Source: Eledone cirrhosa (Eukaryota). Taken from it: a stretch of DNA of 64,000 nt. Below, one piece after another: positions 41,524-53,884 of the stretch. The position numbers and the translations under genes are program-made. Under the pieces are notes generated by a model, which did no database searches, had not been told where the DNA came from, and saw nothing but the letters and a program-made list of their open reading frames with translations. The DNA is taken from the NCBI GenBank assembly GCA_964016885.1, contig OZ024741.1:381982001-382046000 (forward strand). The letters run 5' to 3'. The stretch's first letter is position 1; the number at the start of each line of letters is the position of its first letter.

Positions 41524-42537
41524 GTTTTGAATTTTTAACATATTTAAATCATTTGTGAAATAACAACTCTTAGTACAAATGCTACGTAAAGCACCCGGCT
41601 TGAGCCCAAAAAATTCGGACCCAAAATATATTGTTATAAGGCTCAAATATTCAAATATTCAACTTTGTATTGTACACTGTATATCCAAAAAAGAAAATGG
41701 CTATAAATGGAAGAAGAACCCCCCCCCCCCCCCTCCTCCTCTGTCTACACTATATAGAACAGCCAAACTCACCAACACCAGAAACTAGATACACCACCCA
41801 CCCTATCACCTGTGTACACTAAACCACCACCGCTCACTACGGCCATCATTACAACCATTATCCCATCACCGCCGCCACCACTCCTTCACTCCTTCACTGC
41901 TACCACCGCTACAGCACCATCACTACAGTTATACGGTCACAACACCGCCACCACTGCCTCGGTATCGACATCACCACCACCACTGTCTCAGTATCGCTAC
42001 CGCCGCCAGTCTCCCACTTCCTGCAGCTGGCTGCTGCCACCACATTATAGAATCCCTACTGCTAAAAAAGAGGAAGGCATCAAAATATATAGATAGACTC
42101 AAAAGAAAAAAGAAAAAACAAACAACAAAACCAAAGCAGCACAGCAACAACAGCAAAAAACGAGAAAAACAAACAGAGAAAAACAAAAACCAAAAAAAAA
42201 CAAAAAAAAAAACCCCAAAAAACGTAAAGAAAATAAGAATGAAGAGAGAAGCAGGCGGACGGACAGAGAAGAGGGGGGAAAAACTAAAACTTAAAAAACA
42301 AAAACTAAGTCAGACATTCGAACACTACATTACAATGAAACTTATGCTTATTCATTTTTGGGGCCCTTTCTGCCTGTGTGTTTGTTTGTTTATGTGTGTT
42401 CGTATACAGCGTGGTGATAATGCCACACAAGGGCCAAGTGGAATGGCGGATCCACAGATGGATATGTAACCATACATTCGCCAATCCTCGATAAGAGTGT
42501 TTAAATATCGAACATAAACAGTTCGAATAACGGTGAA

Positions 42538-45500
42538 ATGGAGACTAGAACGTCATGTGACAGACTCTCACCCAACCGGTGCCCCCTGGCTCAGCAGCAG
42601 GAACCTGACTGTCAACCAAATACTGCTGATGTTGGAGGAAGGAGAAGAAGGAAAGGGGCCAGAACCAACTGGACGAAAGAATTGAATAGAACTGTTATGC
42701 AATGTTACCTGAAAAGTAACCCCAAGGAGAGGGGCTACAGGAGACGGGTGCATAACATCTGGAACGAGATTGGTTTATTTAAATTAGATGAACAAAAATT
42801 GGCCGGGCAGGCACGGGTAATAAGAACTAATGGATGGATAAGCGAGCTGGAACTGGAGGAACTGAGCAGAGAGAATGGCTTGGAGATGGCGGGTGTAGTA
42901 TGCCAGACAAGCGAGCCAGTGGGAAATGAAGGTGAAGAGGTCCTGAGAACGGAGGAACCACCCGAAGCAGACAATGATCTGAATACTGAGATAAATAATA
43001 CCTGGAACAGAGATACGGCCACTGAGGAGATGAATGCTGACGGGCTAGGACAAGATTCGGTTGACATCCTAAATTTAGTGGTAGATGAATTGAACAATGA
43101 TAGTGGGAGACCTATGAACCTAAGATTTGTAGACAGGAAAAAGTTAAAAGAAACAACAGCTAAGGTAAACAAAGTCATCCCATACCTTGAGGCGAGGAGC
43201 CTTCACCAGTGCAACAATATCCTCAAAGCAACAGCAAATACGGCGAGGAAACTACTTGGTATAAAAGCGAGAGGAAACAACAGACAAGAAAGCGTAGAGC
43301 CGTGGTGGAAGAAGCGACTGAGTGGGCAAATCGGGGAAATGAGAAATGACATAGGAAAGCTTGAGTCACTACTGAATGGGACACTAAAAAACATAGACAC
43401 TAAAAATAGACTGGAAATAAAATACAAAACTAGGAGGAAAAAGCTAAATATTATCATAGAGGAACTGAAGCAACGCATTGTAGCAAAGAGTGCAAAAATC
43501 AGGCGATACGAGAACAGAGTCAGTCAGTATAAACAGAACCGCATGTTCGACAACAACCAGAAGATGCTGTTTGGACAGCTTGAGGGGAAAGAAAGAGGCA
43601 ACGACTTGATCCCTGGGGCGGAGCAAACTAAAACATTCTGGAGAGGAATATGGGAGCAGGATGTTAGACACAATACCCAGGCAGGGTGGATTGAGACAGT
43701 ACAGAGGGAGATCGGTGAGCAGGCACAACAACAAACTGATTTGAGTATCACAGTTGAAACTCTTAAGGGGCAGGCCAAAAAACTAACCAACTGGAAATCA
43801 CCAGGCCCAGATGGTGTGCAGGGGTATTGGATTAAACATTTAACATCCCTCCACCCGAAGCTGACGGCCATGTTCAATGACTGCTTGGTGTCGGGTGAGG
43901 TGCCAGAGTGGTTGACAAAAGGTACCACAGTTCTGATAATGAAAGACCGAATCAAGGGTAATGATGTTACCAACTATAGACCTATCACATGTCTGTCCGT
44001 AATGTGGAAACTGTTGACGAGCATTGTGTCTGAGGAAATCTACCATCACCTCCACACAAACAACTTGTTACCGGACGAACACAAAGGATGCCGAAAGAAG
44101 TCACGTGGTACAAAGGACCAGTTACTTATTGATAAGATGGTAATGGGGAATTGCAGGAGGAGACACACTGATCTTGCCATGGGATGGATAGACTACAGAA
44201 AGGCATTTGACATGGTGCCTCATTCCTGGATCACCAAAAGCCTGGAGATCTTCAGGGTGGCAGATAACTTCAGACAGTTGCTAGGCAGGAGTATGGGGTC
44301 CTGGGAGACAGAGTTGACATCAACTGGAGTATCCTTGGGAAGCGTGAAGATCAAGAGAGGTATCTTCCAGGGAGATAGCCTGTCCCCTCTGTTGTTTGTC
44401 CTTGCCCTGATGCCCTTGACCATTATGCTGCGAAAAGTGAGAGCAGGATACAAGTTGGGAAAGGGAGAGCTTACCATCAATCACCTCCTCTTCATGGACG
44501 ATCTTAAGCTCTTCGGGAAAAGTGAGAAGGAGTTGGATGTGCTTGTTGACACTGTCCGTATTTTCAGCAGTGATATATGTATGCAGTTTGGTATTGGTAA
44601 ATGTGGAGTCATTGTGATGAAGAGGGGTAGGTTGAGCAGAAGTAACGGGATCCAGATACCAACAGGTGAGATGATAAAGGAAATTGACTCTGAGGAAGGA
44701 TACAAGTATTTGGGCGTTCTGGAGGCTGATGGCATAAAGAAGAAAAAAATGAAGGAATTGTTAAGAACTGAATACATTCGGAGTGTAAGGAGCGTATTGA
44801 AGTCACATCTGAACAGCAGAAATGCCATAAGCGCAGTAAATTCCCGAGCTGTGTCTATTATTAGGTACAGTGCGGGAATTCTGAGATGGAATGTTGCTGA
44901 ACAAAAAGAAATGGATAGGAAGACTAGGAAGCTATTGACTATCTACAACATGTTCCACAAGAGGAGTGATGTCGATAGACTCTACCTAAGGAGATCTGAG
45001 GGTGGAAGAGGTCTTATCAGCATAGAGGACTGTGTTCAGATGGAGAAAAACAACCTATACAAATACGTGACTGATAGTAAGGAGCCAATGCTCAGAACTG
45101 TACTGAAGGAGGGGACAGTAGGCCAGGGGATGTCCAAGGAGGAAATAACATCAAGGAGGAAGAGCAGCCTTAAGGGAAATCCCTTCATAGTACCTTCTTT
45201 GAGAAAACTGAATTTAGAGATCCACAGACATAGAACTGGTTGAGAAGAGGAGACCTCAAAAAGGCTACAGAAGGAATGCTAATGGCTGCGCAGGAGCAGG
45301 CCCTCAAAACGAAGTGGTTGAAGCACCATATCTACAAGGAGGAGGCTAGCCCACTGTGCAGGATCTGTGGAGAGAGAGAGGAGACTGTGGCTCACATTGT
45401 GTCCGAGTGTAAACACCTAGCCCAGACCCACTATAAGGGCTGGAGACATATGTGATGGGCAGGGTGATCCACTGGCACCTATGCAAAGTAAACAATTTAC

Positions 45501-45928
45501 CACATTCTGAGAAATGGTATGAGCATAGGCCAGAGGCGGTGATGGAGAACAATCAGGTGAAGGTGCTGTGGGATTTTAGGATACAGACGGACAAAAAACT
45601 GGAACACAATAGACCTGACCTGGTGGTTGTGGACAAAGAAAAAAGATCGTGTCTGATTGTGGATGTGGCCTGCCCGTTCGACACGAGAGTGCAAGAGAAG
45701 GAGAGGGAGAAAATTAACCGATACCAGGACCTAAAGTGGGAGGTGAAAAGGATTTGGAACTGCCATGAAGTCAAAGTGATCCCGATTGTCATAGGCGCAC
45801 TGGGGACTATCTCCAAAAGTTTCCAGGGATGGTTAAAGAAAATCGGCCCCTTCACGCTTTTTGGAACGCTTCAAAAGGCATGCTTGCTTGGAACAGCAAG
45901 AACCCTCCGATACGTCCTGAATATCTGA
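42538..45928 (+). mobile_element. R4/Dong-clade non-LTR retrotransposon, full coding region with two 1-bp frameshifts; 3' UTR to ~46003
   Basis: N-terminal WTKELN...VMQCY...GYRRR...EQKL; [47 protein letters not shown]; CRICG..ETVAHIVSEC; RH; RPDLVV..D restriction-like nuclease. Frameshifts at ~45175 and ~45450 by comparison with the copy at 48204. Confidence 0.95.
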
Positions 45929-46011
45929 GGCTGCAGGTAGTGGCTTGATATTCAATCCAACGGACTTTCCAGTTAACGAACATCAATGACTGAGATTCAA
46001 GGAATAACAAC

Positions 46012-46058
<47 letters not shown>

Positions 46059-46060
<2 letters not shown>

Positions 46061-46240
46061 CTTTCTTTATTAAACACAAGGGTTTAGATAAAGTAGACAT
46101 TAAGGACAGTACAGGACAGTACAGGATGGTACGAATGGGCATTTCTGCGTGTAAAAAAAACAAAAACAAAGGATGTTACAAAAAATAACAATGACAAATT
46201 CCCCAATAGGGGGGAGACTTCAGAGGGACATTTGTGGAGA
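46059..46240 (-). mobile_element. 3'-terminal fragment of the Tx1-like family seen at 50184-56141
   Basis: Matches 50186-50358 (tttctttattaa.cacaagggtt...gtagacattaaggacagtacaggac...ttccccaatagggggagacttc...gggacatttgtggaga); (TAA)n on both sides. Confidence 0.9.
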
Positions 46241-46247
46241 TAATAAA

Positions 46248-46301
<54 letters not shown>

Positions 46302-46302
<1 letters not shown>

Positions 46303-48171
46303 GTGAAACAAAATCACTGGAAGCTGGAGAAGTTAATATTAATTGTGGAATTGTTCAGGGTGACTCTTTATCACCGCTTTTATTCTGCATTGCACTTATA
46401 CCATTAAGTAAAATGCTCAATGAAACAAAACATGGATGTAAAGTCTATGACAAAACCATTAACCACTTGTTCTACATGGATGACCTGAAACTATTTGCAA
46501 AAAATGATGAACAATTGCAAGGGCTATTACTATTATCCACTGTGGAGCAGTTCAGTGATGACATTAAAATGGAGTTTGGACTAGATAAATGCGCCAAAGC
46601 AACGTTCACCAGAGGAAAGCTGCTGAAGAGTTCAGACATTAATCTTGATCGGGGAACCGTGATAAGAGAACTTGATCAAGAAAAAACTTACAAATAATTA
46701 GGTGTTTGTGAAGGAGACGGAATCAAGCGCTCGACAATGAGGGAAAGGATAAGGAAGGAATGTTACCGCAGAGTAGGAGCAATCTTAAGAACGGAATTGA
46801 ATGCAAGGAATAGGATCGATGCCATAAACAAGCTTGCCATACCAGTAGTAACCTACAGTTACAATCTCATCAACCGGTCAAGCACAGTGAGCCGTAGGCT
46901 CGATACAAAAATTCGAAAATTCTTAACCATGAACAGAATGCATCACACTAAGGCAGATACAGATAGAATATATCTCCCAAGGAAAGAAGGAGGACGTGGG
47001 TTAATCCAGTTAGACATTGCGTTGAAAACTGCAACAATTGGATTATCTACATATCTAAGTTAATCACATGATTGGATAATCAAACTCGTTTTGAAACACG
47101 AAAGCATCAAAGGATCATCTTCCATTACAAAAGATGCACAAAGATACAGAAATGGACTACAAATTTCAGAAGTCCCATTTACTGCTGAAATGGAAAACAC
47201 AGAAAAAGCAAAGCAGGTAAAAGTAACTGCAAAGAAAGAACTGCTACAGAAACTGGCTAAGAAATGGCAAGAAAAGCCTCTGTATGGAAAATACCCAGAA
47301 CGAGCTAACAATCCTGATGTTGACAAAACTTTAACGCATCAGTGGTTGGCATCCTCTGGACTGAAATCGGAGACTGAAGTACTGATTATATCGGCACAAG
47401 ATCAGTGTCTGCCAACAAAAAATTACCAAGCCAACATAATAAAATATGGATGCAGCCCATTATGCCATGTATGCAAAATCAACCAGAGACCATTGACCAT
47501 ATAATTTCAATGTGCAATCCTATAGCTCCAACCGAATACCTAAACAGGCATGACAGAGATGCACAATACATACATTGGATAATGGGTAAGCATTTTGACA
47601 TGCCCCATCAAAAGAATTGGTGGGAGCATCAACCACCTCCCATACTTGAAAAAGATCACATCTCAATCTTGTGGAATTTTAGCATCCAAACAGACCGAAA
47701 AATAGATGCAAATAGACCTGATATAATATTGAAGGACTTTAAAAAGAGGGTATGCCTGCTAATTGTTATCTCCGTTCCAATAGACAAGAATGTATCAATA
47801 AAAACATTTGAAAAATTGAGCAAGTATAAGGACCTGGAGATAGAAAGTGGAAAAATGTGGAAATTGAGAACTAAAATAAGACCAGTGGTTGTAGGCGCTC
47901 TGGGAATGATACCTAAGGTTTCTAATGGTTACTTATCGCAAATCCCAGGAAACCCGCGTATAGGAGAAATACAAAAGATAGTACTAATGGAAACTGCCCA
48001 TATACTAAGGAAGATTCTGTCAATATGAGTACATCACAAGTCTAAACACTAAAGATGCATGTGTGAATATGTATGTTATTTCTTGAACATGGCGGACCTT
48101 GATGTCTCTTGAGGTCACTGGTTGTGACTTGGTGATAACTCGTATGAACATAAAGCAAGATAAATGCAACT
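46302..48171 (+). mobile_element. Second R4/Dong-like family, 5'-truncated and disrupted
   Basis: [44 protein letters not shown]...ETIDHIISMC, RHD, NRPDII, PVVVGALG; stops and frameshifts; (TAA)n on both sides. Confidence 0.93.
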
Positions 48172-48203
<32 letters not shown>

Positions 48204-48205
<2 letters not shown>

Positions 48206-50145
48206 AACTTGTTACCGGACGAACAGAAAGGGTGCCGAAAGAAGTCACGTGGTACAAAGGACCAGTTACTTATTGATAAGATGGTAATGAGGAATTGCAA
48301 GAGGAGACACACTGGTCTTGCCATGGGATGGATAGACTACAAAAAAGCATTTGACATGGTGCCTCATTCTTGGATCACCAAAAGCCTGGAGATCTTCAAG
48401 GTGGCAGATAACATCAGACAGTTGTTGGGCAAAAGTATGAAGTCCTGGGAAACAGAGTTAACATCAACTGGAGAGTCCTTGGGAAGCGTGAAGATCAAGA
48501 GAGGTATCTTCCAGGGAGATAGTCTGTCCCCTCTGTTGTTTGTCCTTGCCCTGATGCCCCTGACCAGTGTACTGCGAAAAGTGAGAGCAGGATACAGGTT
48601 GGGAAAGGGAGGGCTTACCATTAATCACCTCCTCTTCATGGACGATCTTAAGCTCTTCGGGAAGAGCGAGAAGGAGTTGCATGTGCTTGTTGACACTCCG
48701 TATTTTCAGCAATGATATATGTATGCAATTTGGTATTAGTAAGTGTGGAGTCATTGTGATGAAGAGGGGTAAGTTGAGCAGAAGTAACTGAATCCAGGTA
48801 CCAACAGGTGAGATGATAAAGGAAATTGACTCTGAAGAAGGATACAAGTATTTGTGCGTTCTGGAGGCTGATGACATCAAGAACAAAAAAATGGAGGAAT
48901 TGATAAGAACTGAATACATTTGGAGAGTAAGGAGCGTATTAAAGTCACATCTGAACAGTAGGAATGCCATAAGTGCAGTAAATTCCCGAGCTGTGTCTAT
49001 TATTAGGTACAGTGCGGGAATTCTGAGATGGAATGTTTGTGAACAAAAAGAAATGGATAGGAAGACTAGGAAGCTATTGACTATCTACAACATGTTCCAC
49101 AAGACGAGTGATGTCGATAGACTCTACTTAAGGAGATCTGAAGGTGGGAGAGGTCTATCAGCATAGATGACTGTGTTCAGATGGAGAAAAATAACCTACA
49201 CAAATACGTGACTGATAGTAAGGAGCCAATGCTCAGAACTGTACTGACGGAGGGGACAATAGGCCAGGGGATGGCCAAGGAGGAAATAACATCAAGGAGA
49301 AAGAGCAGCCTTCAGGAAAAATCCCTTCATAGTACCTTATTTGAGAAAACTAAATTTAGAGATCCACAGACATGGAACTGGTTGAAAAGAGGAGACCTTA
49401 AAAAGGCTACCGAAGGAATGTTAATGGCTGCGCAGGAGCAGGCCCTCAAAACAAAGGGGTTGAAACACCATATTTACAAGGAGTAGGCTAGCCCACTGTG
49501 CAGCATCTGTGAAGAGAGAGAGGAGACTGTGGCTCACATTGTATCCGAGTGTAAACACCTAGCCCAGACTCACTATACAGGCTGGATACATGATGTGATG
49601 AGCAGGATGATCCACTGGCACCTGTGCAAAGTAAACAATTTACCACATTCTGAGAAATGGTATGAGCATAAGCCAGAGGCGGTGATAGCAAACGATCAGG
49701 TGAAGGTGCTGTGGGAATTTAGGATACAGACAGACAAGAAACTGGAACACAATAGACCTGACCTGGTGGTTGTGGACAAAGAAAAAAGATCGTGCCTAAT
49801 TGTGGATGTGGCCTGCCCATTCGACACGAGAGTGCAAGAGAAGGAGAGGGAGAAAATTAACCGATACCAGGAATTAAAGTGGGAGGTAAAAAGGATTTGG
49901 AACTGCCATGAAGTCAAAGTGATCCCGATTGTCATAGGCGCACTAGGGACTATCTCAAAAAGTTTCCAGGGATGGTTAAAGACAATTGGCCCCTTCACGC
50001 TTTTTGGAACGCTTTCAAGGCATGCTTGCTGGGAACAACAAGAACCCTCCGATACGTCCTGAATATCTGAGGCTGCAGGTAGTGTCTTGATATTCATCTC
50101 AACAAACTTTCCAGTTAACTAACATCAATGACTGAGACTCAAAGA

Positions 50146-50146
<1 letters not shown>
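48204..50146 (+). mobile_element. 5'-truncated copy of the first R4/Dong family (homologous to 44060-46003)
   Basis: Colinear high nucleotide similarity from acaacttgttaccggacgaac through the 3' UTR; several stops and frameshifts. Confidence 0.95.
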
Positions 50147-50186
<40 letters not shown>

Positions 50187-50429
50187 GTTTTCTTTATTAA
50201 CCACAAGGGTTCACATAAAGTAGACATTAAGGACAGTACAGGACAATACAGGACGGTACAAATGGGCATTTCTGCGTGTAAAAAAACAGAGGTTGAAATA
50301 AAATAACAAAGAAAAATTCCCCAATAGGGGGGAGACTTCCAAGGGACATTTGTGGAGAAAGCCCATTAAAAGACCACAGTGGCCCTGACCACCAGGGCAA
50401 GTGCCCTCTCCCAGTTTTCCACCTTTAAT

Positions 50430-53400
50430 TTACAGACACATACTCAGAGAAGGCCCATTCATTCGGGACATACTTGCTTCTCTCACCCATCTTTCAACAA
50501 AATGCTGGGAAGAGAGCACTTCACTCTCTACCCTGATTTTCCTTTTCAAATGAAATTTGAAAAAGTTAATCAGGGCATCACCGAAGAGGTAAGTGCTCGT
50601 CTTCAGCCCTTTCAAACGTGTCCACCATACTATCTCTTTCGCCATGGCCACCAGACAGATAAAAACTGCCTGCCCTTCCAGGCTAAAGGAAGGGGGCGGG
50701 GCAATCCTCACGATGGACTCAGCTGATAGCTGGATCCGTCCTACACGTGACAGCAGGTGTTCGACATAAACCCACAAGTCAGCAATGCTCGGACACTGGA
50801 CGAGTGCGTGCAGGACGGTTTCGTCGCCCCGCGCGCATCTCGGACATGCCCGGGTGACGGCACTTCCATGCCTGTAGAGTTTATCCAGAACTGGCAAAGC
50901 TCCTCGGTAGCACTGCCAGGCCAGGGATTTCTGGAAGTTGTCCATAGACCCCGGCCCGAAAGTCCTTCCGAAGAGATTGGCTAGTTGATTTTCGTCGACG
51001 CCTAGAGTTTCTCCAAGTACGTCGTCGCTCTTCCCCTCCACTAATCCCCTATAGAACGCCAAGGTGGAGTTTCCACCGATCACATTGCCCGATTGGTCGA
51101 GGGCTGTGAGCGCCTGAAGACATTCCAGTCTCCAAGCGCTCCCTCTCGGTCTTCGCTTGACCCAGGACTGCAGCTCCGTCAAGGAGACGAGCTGGGGAAA
51201 AATGTGTCTTGCAAACGGCGACCACACCTGATCACCGTCGAGGAAGAGGTGGAGATGTCGTAGCCTGAGCGCGTGTCTGCGCATCATCAGCCACGGCATG
51301 CCCAGCCCTCCACGTAGCGGGTATTGACAACAGATGGACCTCCTGAATGTCGGAGCGCGTTCCTTCCACAAAAAGCGAAAGAGCAAACGCTCCAGCGCAG
51401 TCAGGCGAGGCTTAGTAGAAGGCACAACGGTCAGGCGATGGTAGATGACGGACGCGATGTACGCGTTAGTCACCTCCGCTCGACCTTTCAGGGATAGCTT
51501 CCTCTCCGCCCATTTCTGGGTGAGAGAAGCCACCCTGCTCGTCACCTCGTCCCAGTTTTTGTCCGTCTGGAGGTCTGGCCCGAACCAGACCCCTAGCAAT
51601 TTAACCGGTCCGTCCGTCCAGCGCCCGACGACGCTGTTGGACGGCATGGACCTGCCTCTCCAGGTGCCGAGCTGCAGGCCCACTGACTTTTCCTGGTTGA
51701 TCATTGCTCCTGTCACCGTTTCGTATTCTCTTAGTGTAGTGCCGATCGCCTCGATGTGTTTGGCGTTCGACACCACTACGGTGACATCGTCGGCATATGC
51801 TGACACGGATCTTCCGCATCCTAGTTCGCGCGGGACCCCCCTCAACGTCTCCAGTTTGTGCAGTAATGGCTCGAGAGTCAATACGTACAATAGGGACGAG
51901 AGGGGACATCCTTGGCGGACCGAGCGCATGATGTTGAACGGTTCCGAAAGGTGACCGTTCACTCTCACTACAGAGCAGATGTCGCTGTGCATGGCAGCGA
52001 TCCAGCCTCTGAAGACAGGCCCAAAGCCAGCCGCCCTCAGGACTGCCGTTACGTAACGATGGTCGACCCTATCGAAGGCTTTCGACTGATCTAAATTGAT
52101 CAAAGACCCACCCGTGCCAGGTTCCCTAGCTACCCTCTCTACGATGTATCGCATGAGGTGGAGGTTGTCGTGGATGGATCTGTCGGGAATGGCGCATGTC
52201 TGTGCCTCTCCCACCAGACCACCAATGACAAGCGCCAACCTCTTTGCTAGCACCTTGGCCAAAATCTTGAACTCTGTGTTTAGCGGAGTTATGGGCCTAA
52301 AATTATCTATGTTATCCCCCTTGTTCGGATCCTTTCTCAGCAGCGCCACCGCTCCTCGGCTCACAGAGCTGGGAATTCTCCCGTTCTGTTGCCAGTTGCA
52401 GTAGACGTCCGCCAAGAGGCCTCCGAACAAGTTTGGCATTTGTACGTAAAGTTCATAGGGCAGACCATCCAAACCAGGCGATTTACCCCTTGTGCAACTA
52501 GTCATTGCATCCCGTACTTCAGCGGTTGTTATCGGCTTTTCGCAACACTCCGCCTCAGTGGCCGAAAGCCGCGGCAGTCCGTCGAGGTAGACACTAAAGT
52601 CCATCCCTCGATCCGGCCCGCCGCTGCCCCCGAACAGCTGTGCGAAATGTCACTGAAAAGCTTCACACATTTGCTCGTGATCGAGTAGCATGCGCCCGTC
52701 GTGGTCCTCCAAAGACCGGATCGCGGCTTTGTTGCCACGACGCGCCTCCGCCACTCGGGTCCATTTAACGGCTTTCGTCCCCCTCGTGTCTGAGAGCACG
52801 CACCCTAGCTCTGACAACGCAGCCTTCGTGCTTTGCATTGAAGAATTGGTCAAGGGCCAATTTCGCCGCAAGTACGTCGGTCGCGATGCCTTTGCTAAGC
52901 GCCTCATCTAATTTTCTAACTAATTCTCCCTCTGCTCTATTTTTCTCTATTGCTAAAGTCTTACTAAACCTAATGGACTCTATTCTAATTGCTCTTTTCA
53001 GAGCAAACCACCACTTGTTGTTGACGATGGCCCCCGTCAACACCCGCTTAACTAGTTCGCTAATCCGGTCTCTGTAGGCCTTGCGCGCTGGTAAGGACGC
53101 GTTTAACTTCCAGTAGCCGGGTCCTCGTCTATGAAGCCTATCTAAGTCAAGCACACAGATCACGAATTTGTGGTCCGTGTAGCTGACTATCTCGAATTGT
53201 GGACAGCCTATGCTAGACCTATCTATTTCCTTACAAAATACTCTATCTAGATATGATCTGGATGGCCCTATGCGATTTGTCCAAGTCCACATTGGTACAT
53301 TCGGGAAATCCAATCGGTACCTGTCAGACAGTTCAAAACGTCTGAGCAGGTTGGTGAGACTCTTGCACCCTCCTTCCATATCCACTAATCCCACACAATC

Positions 53401-53850
53401 CCAGCGTGCATCTAAGATCCCGTTCCAGTCGCCCACTAACACTAAAGAGCGGGACGTTCCAAGAAAGGTCTCCAGACGCCGGAAGAAATCAGGCCGCCCT
53501 GCTCCTGTCGGGGCATAGACGGCCACTAACCTGAAAGCTTGCCCGTCTCCGCTGGTCATGTCCAGCACCACCAACTTACCTTCTGGGTCCAGGAAGATGG
53601 CCCGTATGGCAAGATCCAAACCTCTCCGAAAAAGCACAGCAACTCCTCCCCCCGATCCCGGACGGCTGGGAGATGCGTACACATCGTAGCCGCCGAAGAT
53701 CGGTGCGAAAGCCTGTGCTTCGGAGATTCTGGTCTCGCTGATGGCCACTACATCTATGTTTAGTGACCTGAGGTCGTTGAGCAGGTGGCCCTGCTTCCAT
53801 GACGACCCCAAGCCACGCGCATTTATGCTGCCTATTCTGAGTGAGGTCAT
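50430..53850 (-). pseudogene. Tx1 ORF2: APE endonuclease, RT and C-terminal zinc finger; frameshifts near 52790 and 52610
   Basis: SINARG, ISET, VYAP, GDWN, SYLDR, TDH; KSPGLDGLP, NFRPIT, LDQSKAFDRVDH, RQGCPLS, AYADD; CPRC...ETVLHALVQC. Confidence 0.95.
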
Positions 53851-53884
53851 GTTGAAAAGGAGTGGAAAAGATGGGAAAGACCAC

